Assembly: GCA_051942245.1 (NCBI GenBank)
Contig: JAVECL010000181.1
Coordinates: 1-39,002, forward strand
Length of the DNA stretch: 39,002 nt
Origin: Trypethelium eluteriae
Lineage: Eukaryota
Direction of reading: 5' to 3'
In this document: positions 12,045 to 21,763 of the stretch, one piece after another
How positions within the stretch are numbered: the stretch's first letter is position 1
How the letters are laid out: every line of letters begins with the position of its first letter
Program-made: the position numbers and the translations under genes
Notes under the pieces: model-generated
Databases searched by the model: none
The model's input: the letters and a program-made list of their open reading frames with translations, nothing else
What the model was told of the DNA's origin: nothing

Positions 12045-12620
12045 ATGCCCGTCCAGAAGTCCGACGGCCTCACTATCCCCGAAGAGGGCGAATGGAAAAA
12101 AATCCCCATCACCTGGACGCAGAGCCGCGAGGACCACATCGAAGACTACCTTTCTATTGAGTTTACCAACACTCGTGGTATACATAAACCTGGCCAGAAA
12201 AGTTAATCTGCATAGTTCTAACATTAACAGCCGGCGAGACTGAGAAGACAAACTTTCTGTTCGTCTCGGAGAAGTTGCTCGACAAATTCAAGTCGTCCAT
12301 CAAGAAGACCGACACAGGTTTCAAGATTACGGTCGACGATGACTACCTGTTTGGGCAGCAGAAAGGAGGCAAAAACCGTTTTCTTGTGTACCACGATAAG
12401 AAGCGAGTCATTTATCAGGTACGTCCTCATGACATGTGCGAAGATAGCATCACAAGAACTGACATTGGTCTAGCACCGCTTTATTCAGGGTACCCTGGTT
12501 GCCATTTCCAAGCAGGCTGCCGACATCAGCGCGAAGTTAGGCTGTGGCGAGGTAAAGATAGTATCGAATATTATATCTAGTCTTATGGGAGACAAGCTTC
12601 ACCCTTGGGCCGAGGCTTGA
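12045..12620 (+). CDS. Small hypothetical protein B (~155 aa), paralog of 10199-10949
   Basis: CAACATG start context. Exons 12045-12177, 12231-12418 and 12474-12620. Introns read GTATAC...CTAAC...AACAG and GTACGT...CTGAC...TCTAG. Product: MPVQKSDGLTIPEEGEWKKIPITWTQSREDHIEDYLSIEF...LFVSEKLLDKF...ITVDDDYLFGQQKGGKNRFLVYHDKKRVIYQHRFIQ...LMGDKLHPWAEA*. Confidence 0.8.
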
Positions 12621-13701
12621 TTTTCGTGTCCGAATAACGTGGCAAGAAGAGATGTGATGTTGAATCACCTGACTATCAACCACCTCCGCATCCGTGTATG
12701 ATGCCGAGGGATCCTCATCTCCACCTACTGTATGTAGTAATAGCAATTTCCCTTCTCCTTCATAATCAGAGCTCTATATAGAGGCTTTACGCCCTCGTAC
12801 CCTGATAGGATAACTAAGTCTGTCCATTCTTTTGCTTTATCTAGAGTTCTCAACTATTCAAGTAGAGAGACTGAATTAATTGTACTCTGTAGAAGTGTGT
12901 AGAATCTTAAGTCTAGGAGCCACGGGGGACGTTGGATGAATCTATATACACTAGAGCGAATGCGGTAATATCTACCATGGAATCCCGTTTCACCTGCACC
13001 GCGTACAAGAGCGGCTTCCTCTAACATCAACTACGACATCAATCGTCCACACTAAATGCTGATTAGGATGTTCAGCTCGTTCTAGTTCGAGCGGTACGAG
13101 AGGCGATGATAACCAAAACATAACCTCGACCAATTGACACATCCTGCACGATGGTGGCTGAATTTAACGTGATTGGCTCGGGGTCTGCCACGTTTGGATA
13201 TTCGGCTAGTTGTTGAATTCGAGCCTATGACGGTTACCATGCGCACGGAACCAACCTCCACACCCTCCATGCCGCGCAACATCGATGTAAAAGTCTCTGG
13301 CTACATTGAAATTAATGTTTTTGGATAGGCATAGACCAAGCAGAGAGCTGAGCAGAAAGCAGGGAGCAGGTCGGATAGTAGAGATAAGAGCAAAGATAAG
13401 AGTAGGGTGTATACTTACTACGTATCAACGCGTTTCTAATACTACCACAATACTACTACAACTTTTAACCCTCCTACGTACCGTACCTAACAGGTGCACC
13501 TGACCTAATATCTAGCCAAATACCCAACCTAACAGATTTTTATCTTCACTAAGACCAAACCTAAAACCCGACCAAAATCCAGAGGAATCCAGATCCTATC
13601 TCGCATTAGCCAACTCGGTGTGACTATTCTTTGCTTTAATCATGGCACCTTTGACTATTTTCGCTTTTGCCTTTGCTTCTGCTTCTGTGAGATTATGTAC
13701 A

Positions 13702-15168
13702 TCATTTCTTATAACTGTTATCCGGTCCAGTAGGGCTATAGTGATATCCTGGGAAGCTATTGAGAACTCCCGCATCGTACTGAGCAAGCTGCGAGCAGTT
13801 CAATTCGCTCGTGATAGGGCTTAAGTACTGCTGGAGAAAGGCTGTTGCATTATTAAGTGCTGAACCGGCACCCTGAAGAAAGTCGGGCAACCCCTGTTCG
13901 GCGACATTGAAAGCAAAGCAAGCGAAGTTGTCGCCTTCAAAAAGAGTCTCTGCGTTATATACTCCACTCGTTAGGTTCTCAACAGATACACCGACAAAGC
14001 TATTGGGGGTGCCCGTATTCCCCCCGATTTTGAGAGATCCGGGGTATGCGACATATCCGGTGGCTACGTCTATAGCGACTTCAACAGCTGTGTACTGGTT
14101 TGTGCTTGGTCGACGATACCAGTTGTCAGGGATTCGTTCTTGGCCTTTGTTCCAAACGAACGAGCCCGGTGCGCCGCTGATGCCAAAGAATGACTTAAAA
14201 TTATAGCCATCCTACTTTTCTTAGTTGATTCTTCACGTACATGTACATGTTATGATCTCACCAAGTATCCCGAGGGCACTTCAGCAGTGTGGTTGGACAT
14301 CAAGGTGATTACAAAGCCGTATGCCCCGGGCACGACAAACAGTGTCGAAAATGCACCGGTGAAAAAGTATGGGTTACTGGCAATTGCATCGTTTTGAACC
14401 TGTTCCCGGTGTTGGCGAAACAAGTCAAGGGTGTACCTCTGACCAAAGCCATCCTCTGACGTGTCGTTGCCTCCTATAGCATAAACTGCCTCGAACTTGG
14501 AGATGTCCAAGGAATGAGCATCACCGTTGTTGGTGTAAGCATCGAATCTGGCGATCGAGCTGTCGCCTTCGAAATTGTTGTGCGAATAGGAAATGCCCTG
14601 TCCATTGCGTATCAAACCAGGCACACCGGGGTCGCCTGGCAAGGGGCCACCGATAGACCAGAGTCCCTCAATAATATTGCCATCAACAGCGACAGCGTAT
14701 GCTGCTAGTAAAGCGGAAACTTCAGGTGCCAAGTTATAGGCTGAGGTGATTAGTGAAGTGACCTTGCAGTAGAACGCAGTTCTTACCTGCACCCAACCCC
14801 AATATTGCCTCCTCGACACTTACAATTCCTGAGCGAGGGAGATAACCGTGATTTGCTGCAGCGTTCAGTCCAGGGCAGGGACCACGGATTTCGTCAACAG
14901 CAGGCGAAGCATATGCATGATCACCTGTGGTTGACACTAGCTGGTCCGCTTCACCAAAAGTTAAGCAGGGTGTAGGACCACAATTAGTCTCCGCCGCGCT
15001 GAAACCAAGTGGATCCGTTGGTACCGATTGACGTTGCACGTACTGAGCTGTTGTTCGATCTGCAAGCTTTGCTGCCCGTTCAAGTACCTCTGGGTTGGCA
15101 TTTTTCATGGAGGGGAAGCCTAGGACTGGAATCGGCAAAACGACTGCAAGGATTAAAACTCGCATCAT
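13702..15168 (-). CDS. Secreted heme-thiolate peroxidase / unspecific peroxygenase (chloroperoxidase family, long type)
   Basis: Signal peptide MMRVLILAVVLPIPVLG. Proximal heme-Cys motif RGPCPGLNAAANHGYLPR and distal motif SHNNFEGDSSIARFD. C-terminal ERIPDNWYRRP and GGNTGTPNSFVG. Introns at 14786-14741 and 14261-14212. Confidence 0.93.
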
Positions 15169-17209
15169 GATGCTGGGCTCGGTTTTGGGTTGACTGTGTA
15201 GCTTGAGTGTGGGTAACCTGTGTCTCTGCAATGCTATGATTTACACTTTTGCCCTCTTCCCTTGTCGAAGCTGGGACAACTTGATAGAAGCGAAAGGCAA
15301 CAGACTAGAGAGTAAGCGCGGGCCAAAGCAAGGAGAAGGTAGTATTCTTTGAAGCAACATATGAAGCTAAGCTCGTATTGAGTCACAGGGGACTACGTTC
15401 TGGCAGTATTGATATTTATTCTGCTTATGATGACTTCTTGTGATTGTCACTTGGCAACGGACAGGAGGTTAGCATCAGCCAAAATTGAGATCGTAGAGAG
15501 CAGGCTAGTATTGATGCAGCCCCTATCCTAGTCATGACAAATTGTACGATCGACATGGGAATTCTCAATACTAGTTTACGCCTCCGTACCCTCCGAGAGA
15601 GGAAAAGTGATTGAAAGCGTGCACTTACATATTCCATTTCGAGCAGTCAGCAATCAGCCTTTCCAGTAGGAGTAAAGTCTAAGTAGTCTTGGTGAAAGCG
15701 TGACTGCCGTGGAAGCCAATTGGAACATCGCGGGTATCCACTTGAGGGAATGCGTGGGATCGCCCCAGCGCGCGCAGGGATGCGATGCAAACAGTAAGCT
15801 TAATTTCCCCCTTGACTGCGTGCATGAGCCTGTGATTCGTATCTTTTTGCAGTGTTCACGTTGCAGGGAAGTCGCTGCATTATTTGGAATTTTCAAAAGG
15901 TGGGATAATTGAAATATAGAGTAAGTAGTCGTTGTCCTACAAACGATGGATTGAGCAATGATTGGGTAGTGGAATCGTTCTGACGGATTCCCGAAGTTAG
16001 CATAAGCCTTCAGCTCAAGGCAAACGTGTAAAAGGTAGTGTCGTCGCGGTGGTGCTGTAGCAATTTCTTAACTGCAGCAGAAATAAATCATAATAGCACC
16101 TGGTGTTGCGCAAGGCTGTTGCCATGGTCTTATCATGTGCTTTTCGGAGATAAGATGGCGAGAAGTCTCGGAAAAGTAATGGCTGTTCAATAAGCACGTA
16201 TATGGATCCCCTTTTTGAGGGTAGCTTAAGTGTGGATTTAGCAAAACCTGAATAGGCCGACTCCTTTGTCTCTGCATCCAGATTTGAGCATTTTCTGGGA
16301 AGTAGAGAAGTCTCTGAGAAGATCGCGATGTGGGATTTGCGCTCGGTAGATCGAGGCATGTGGTCGCGTTGACTCCAGTGGTTACCGCAGCCGGGGTTAT
16401 GGGGATTGCTGTGGCCAGGCTGGAGTCCAAATAAACTTGCGGGGGGTGACAGTCAGTCACTGTCTACGGACTCAGAGATTGAACATCACCAAGATGCGCA
16501 AGATTACAAATGTATCAATGTCAACGTATAGACGCCGGCGATGAAGCCACCTCTCCACCTGTTCGCCGAAATGATGGAAAAGGGTCTGTGCTCTCAGCGG
16601 AAATAATCTAGCTGCACAAAAGGGATATCTTGCGCATAACTCTTAACCACTCCCGGGAGTAAATCCAGGTACACTACAGGGCTCCACTTGCTTTTGGAAG
16701 TACGATAATGTTACATGCGTTTTCGAATACAAGTAATCTGTAGTTGTGTTTTGTGCTTTCAGTAATCTCATTATTCTCGGCTGACTGACTGCATTTCGCA
16801 AGATTCCAGCTCACGAGGTAACGGATAACGAGATGGTACGAGATCTCAGGCCCCACAGGAAGAATTGCAGCATATTTGGACAGAGCACAACGGGATCCAT
16901 CTGAGCTCGCGAAACGGATGTCACGTGAGCGAAGTTTTGGGAAAAGTCCAATCAGATCAAGCAGCTACCTTACCGATATTCTGGCAGTGTCCCAATCAAC
17001 TCCTCGTCTATGCAGAGCACCGCCCGCGAAGCTTTGGCTTTCTCCGATCAGACCAACCCCACTCAACCGGCTGCGAGATTCTGGTCGTGGTCAATCAGCC
17101 GATTGCCGTATCTACTGATTGGCCTTTGAACCTCCCACAGCTGGTGAGTGTATTTGCAACATCATTGCACTTCGCAACTAGCCGTCGCTCAACGGTATAT
17201 CGTGCTGAG

Positions 17210-19321
17210 ATGGATTCTATTGGCGTCACTGGTCTCGTAATTGGAATTGTTTCTCTTTACTCCGCTTGTAGGGATTGCTACATCTTCTTCACGACGGTAA
17301 AGTCCGCCGAGAAGGAGTCACTCATCCATCTCCGAGAGCTCGACATTCAGCAGTCTATTCTCAAGGCCTGGGGCTTCTACTGGGATATCCAGCGACATGA
17401 CACTATTGTTAGTAGAGACCCGACCTTGACCAACACCAAGAAAGGAAAGCTCAGCAAATACTTGGAGCGCAACGTCTACAAGGCTGATGGAGTGATAAAT
17501 GCTCTCTGTGCCATCTCCGAAATCCTATCGAGTCGCGATAAGTTAATCGAAAGATATGGGCTCAATCTTAAGCCTGTCAAGGGAAAGTCTCTCAAAGAGA
17601 TACAGGGTGATGTAGCAGAGCTGCAAGTTGATGGCAGTGCTCCGGCTGGCATTCAAGCCGCTGCTACCAATGTCCGACACCGTTTATCAGCTATCACCAA
17701 ATGTAGATGGGCAATCAAAGACAGAGATGATTTCAAGCGGCTCATTGCGGATCTCAAGTCCCACAACGACGCCCTCTACCAACTCTGCCCGGACGGTGCA
17801 TTCGATGCTATGAACATTACTCTCACCCTGGACTATCTTTCTAAGCAAGAATCACTCGTCGGCCTTCGAAGAACATTAACGCTTACAAATGAACTCCTTA
17901 AAGGTGACAAGACGGCGCCTTCTCGCGGCGGTCTCGAGATGCTCGCCTCGGCCGCCGCGTTCAAAACGAAAACTGTCAAGCTTCGTACATCTCAGTCTTT
18001 ACCTGAACCTGAGACTACGATCGATATGATTGATCCCAGGAAAGTTAAGTACTTGAACCAGAATCTCGCTTTATGGAACGGAAAAATTGTGTATATCGAA
18101 CGCAAGTCGTATAGGAAGATCGAAGAAGCAGGTGGAGCACGCTACGGAAGGCATATGCGTTTGCCAAGACGAAGTGTTTCGGGAACATCAAGATCTCCAA
18201 GCCTAACAAGGCTTCCAAGCCCCGCACGAAGTGAGGAAGACGATGACCCACCCAATAATAACATATGGGAAGACAGCCCGAAGGTTAACGCACGCCGCAA
18301 TGTTAATATACAGGAAGACCTCCTGAAGTATGACCAACCCGATCTTAATATGCGGGAAGACATTCTAAAGTTGTGCCGTACGTTGCACAACGTCCAGGAA
18401 AGAGAGAACTTCCTGGCTCTGAAACTAATCGGTGTTGTGGACCACACACGAGGACGCTACATGCACTGCATTAGCCTAGTCTATGAGCTCCCGGAAAATC
18501 TGGGAACACCGTCTCCGTCTGTTCCGGTAGCGGATACTAAGTCTCGCGCACCACGACCCTTGACTCGACTGCAATACGGCGGCAAGAATTACTTGCCGAA
18601 CATCGCACCCCTCGGAACCCGGTTTGAGTTGACTAGAAAGGTTTTTAGTGCAGTCGTCTTCCTTCACGCAAGCGGCTGGTTACACAAGAACATCCGGACC
18701 AACTCTATCATAGTCTTTCCACAGCTGCATAACCACGGCCGCAAGGATGACCTCCATAACCCATATTTAGGAGGGTACAACTTCTCTCGGTCCGACGATG
18801 TGAGAGAGGACGAAAAAAGTACTAAAGAATTCAAGGGCGGCTTAGAGGGCGGCTCAGAGTCTGGCTCAGAGGGCGGCTCAGAGGTTGGCTTAGAGGTTGA
18901 CTTTCCACCGAGAATGCGCTCAAGGAGAATCGGCGAGCTTAAATTAGATCATTACCATCATCCGGATAAGCGCGCCTCGCCCAGGCGGATGTACCGTCAC
19001 GCCTACGATGTGTACTCACTAGGTATCGTTCTTCTTGAAATCGGCTTCTGGTCCCGACTTGAGAGAATTCGGGAAGATTATGATGATGTTGGTTATAAAT
19101 CAGTACGGTCTAGGGTACACTTTCCTGAGGATCCATACGAGTTTCGGCGGTTTATTATTGAGACCTATCTTAACAAACTTCGATTTATATGCGGCGATGT
19201 TTACGCCGATGTTGTGTATAAATGTTTGATGGTCAATGCTACCGATAGTAAGATTGGTGAAGCCAGTCAGCGGGAGTTGTGCGCGAGAGTTGCAGCAGAT
19301 CTCTCGGGGTGCCGAGCTTAG
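17210..19321 (+). CDS. HeLo (prion-inhibition and propagation) domain plus C-terminal kinase-like (pseudokinase) domain, 703 aa, no introns
   Basis: First ATG of the long ORF gives MDSIGVTGLVIGIVSLYSACRDCY...ELDIQQSILKAWG, a HeLo-type hydrophobic N-terminal helix with L..WG. RWAIKDRDDFKRLIADLKSHNDALYQL marks the HeLo end. Kinase-like motifs: FLHASGWLHKNIRTNSII, LGGYNFSR, YHHPD, YDVYSLGIVLLEIGFW. Confidence 0.9.
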   Translation: MDSIGVTGLVIGIVSLYSACRDCYIFFTTVKSAEKESLIHLRELDIQQSILKAWGFYWDIQRHDTIVSRDPTLTNTKKGKLSKYLERNVYKADGVINALCAISEILSSRDKLIERYGLNLKPVKGKSLKEIQGDVAELQVDGSAPAGIQAAATNVRHRLSAITKCRWAIKDRDDFKRLIADLKSHNDALYQLCPDGAFDAMNITLTLDYLSKQESLVGLRRTLTLTNELLKGDKTAPSRGGLEMLASAAAFKTKTVKLRTSQSLPEPETTIDMIDPRKVKYLNQNLALWNGKIVYIERKSYRKIEEAGGARYGRHMRLPRRSVSGTSRSPSLTRLPSPARSEEDDDPPNNNIWEDSPKVNARRNVNIQEDLLKYDQPDLNMREDILKLCRTLHNVQERENFLALKLIGVVDHTRGRYMHCISLVYELPENLGTPSPSVPVADTKSRAPRPLTRLQYGGKNYLPNIAPLGTRFELTRKVFSAVVFLHASGWLHKNIRTNSIIVFPQLHNHGRKDDLHNPYLGGYNFSRSDDVREDEKSTKEFKGGLEGGSESGSEGGSEVGLEVDFPPRMRSRRIGELKLDHYHHPDKRASPRRMYRHAYDVYSLGIVLLEIGFWSRLERIREDYDDVGYKSVRSRVHFPEDPYEFRRFIIETYLNKLRFICGDVYADVVYKCLMVNATDSKIGEASQRELCARVAADLSGCRA
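18832..18897 (+). repeat. Imperfect in-frame 12-bp coding repeat (GAGGGCGGCTCA-like, about 5 copies)
   Basis: Encodes KGGL-EGGS-ESGS-EGGS-EVGL-EV inside the kinase-like domain. Confidence 0.75.
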
Positions 19322-19913
19322 CAGAACATTGGGCCAATATCAACAATGAGAAAATCGATAAGCGTTAGCAGTTAACTTCGTGAACGAGATAACCTTGAAA
19401 CACCGATACCGGCTAGAGCACTGTGTGAACGAAGAGATCACGTTCGTTGTTTCTCGTTTTCCAGAGTCTCAAGGTATATATCTTCTACTATATGGTGGCA
19501 TGTGTGCATGGAACAACTATACACAACCACAGGTATATGCGAGCATGTGGACGATTTCCTGATGTGCGTCATCGAAAGAGGAGCGGAAGTATGAAACCCA
19601 TCAATGGCCTCATGCAAATACAGCTTCTGCAATTATTCATAATGATAGGGCGTGAGTATATTTCTCTCGCGGATCAAACATCCGAATGAATAAGGAATTT
19701 ATAAAGTTGCGTTCTTCTCGTATTGGCGACATTCAGTTTTCTTGACGCTGCCTGAGTTGAGGGTTGTCGGACGTTCAAGCAGGCGCGAGTCTGGCATATC
19801 GCAATGGACGGAGTCATACTCGTGCATTATTGTTCGAATATTTTTTCTATATGCATATCTATGTGCTCCAGTCTCACTGATGACTATGCACACTCAAGTC
19901 TGCGATATTCATG

Positions 19914-21050
19914 CTAATATGACGTTCCACTATCTCTGGTTTGCAGCTCGAGTCCAAGAGCAAAGTACTCTGCTGCAGTATAGCCCCCATCAATCACCAA
20001 AGGATGGCCAGTCACATAGGCTGCATCACCGCTCGCTAAGAATACCGCACATTTCGCCACATCATCTGCCGAGCCCCAGTCACCCCACGGCGTCATTGCA
20101 TTGATTCCATCTCGTGTAGGTTTATCCTCGTACGTTGAGTGTGTCATTGGAGTCCTCAGATCTGTGACCTCCATCAGCCATCGTTCGTAAGAGTGACTGT
20201 CCGCCTTTTTTGGACGACATGTTTATAATATTTCATCGCCGGGTCAGCTTTGAAGATAACGAATGACCTACATCCAGGGCACAGGCAATTGACATGGATC
20301 TTATCTACAGCGTAGTCCACTGCTACCTGCTTCGTCAGCAGCACTACGGCACCTTTGCTAGCGCAGTAAGCACTGAGACCAGGCTTATAGCCAACAATAC
20401 CAAGCATTGATGCAGTGTTGATGATCCATCCTTTATGTCCCGAGGGGTGTACTGGCTGTGAGAGGAACTGAGCGATGGCGTATTTGCAGCCAAGGAACAC
20501 CGAGCGAGCGTTCACACGCCTCGATGCTAGTTAGCTCAGAGTACAGGTGAACCGTGTCAAAGGCCGAAATGCGAATATGGTACATACATTGTGAAGTCCC
20601 AGGCATCATCACTCATCTCGTGGACTTTGGGGGTTGCTTCGATGCCTCCCGTCCCAGCATTGTTGATCATCCTAACAAAGAATTCGGTATTAGTCACGCC
20701 ACTTTAGACATGCTGGTAAGATGCTGTTGCTCCTACACATCTATTCGACCATCTCCAATCTCCGCTCCTTCCTTCACCAGATTTTCTACCTCCGACGCGA
20801 CCGTCACATCGGTCTTGATGAATATAGCTTTGCCCTCGCCGTATCGCTTACATATCAAGTCATGAGTCGGCGTATCCGCTTCGGTAACCCCCCATTCGCC
20901 ACGAGGGTCCGGTCGTAGGTCAGCGCAAATGATGGGAGAGGCGCCATTGGCGGCAAATGCAAGTGCGATCGCGCGGCCAAGACCGGAAGAGGCGCCGGTA
21001 AGAACGGTCACACGAGAAGCAAGTCGGTTGGATATCAATGGGATCGTCAT
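19914..21050 (-). CDS. Classical short-chain dehydrogenase/reductase (SDR)
   Basis: Motifs TGASSGLG, NNAG, catalytic YCASK, VNCLCPG and YVTGHPLVIDGGYTA. Introns at 20736-20672, 20587-20520 and 20271-20162 join the pieces in frame. Confidence 0.93.
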
Positions 21051-21763
21051 CGCGTCTGTGGAAAGACTGTAGGGCTCAAATTTTCGTATATGATTGATTC
21101 TTTTTCGGAGGGCTGTCGGAGCTTGAGTTACGTACGAGAAGCTGATTGCAAAAAGTCCGAAGGAAAAAAAAAGGCAAGTAAACAGAGCACTTGACAGTTT
21201 GGGAAATTGAATGAGGATTTCTTAAAGTAAAGTAGAAAAACCCATAGGCCTTGTCATGTACATACTCAGCCTCGTGCACTTGCAGGCCGCTTTCACATTG
21301 CGCTACGTACGTCATCCCATCAAAGAGAGCGTGAATAAGGTAGATTACCAAGGGTCAAGGCATTTAATCGTCGGTTGCGCAAACGCCATGTTGATCTGGT
21401 CTTTGGCAGTTGCTTGCACGAGTGATACTCTACTGCTTACTTTAGGTACCTACAGTGCAGATGTGGGGGGTTCAGTGCCTGGAGGGGAGGGGCTCGGCTG
21501 ACCCCAAAGCGAAAAATAACAAGGCTCTCGTGCAAGCCAGCATTTCTCGTACGTGAGGTAGTCGATGCCCCTGGATAAAATCCCATATGGAGGTATGGGG
21601 AACGAGCGTAAATTCTTGCCAGAACAATGCAGGAGGTACTCTATGACGTCGGACAGACGTTTCCAAACCATATTCTGGCACGACAACTTCACCTTTCCGT
21701 ACGGATGATCTTCGACCGTCAACTTTGAGGCTGATCAATCCAGTGCAAGGACTTGACACTATC

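Noticed and set aside
16865..17209. 115-codon N-terminal extension of the HeLo ORF from a TTG
   Set aside because: No in-frame ATG, and HeLo domains normally begin at the hydrophobic helix right after Met (17210).
1..19321. Possible Starship or other giant mobile element
   Set aside because: The content is accessory-like, but I saw no DUF3435 tyrosine recombinase, transposase, terminal repeat or target-site duplication in the window.
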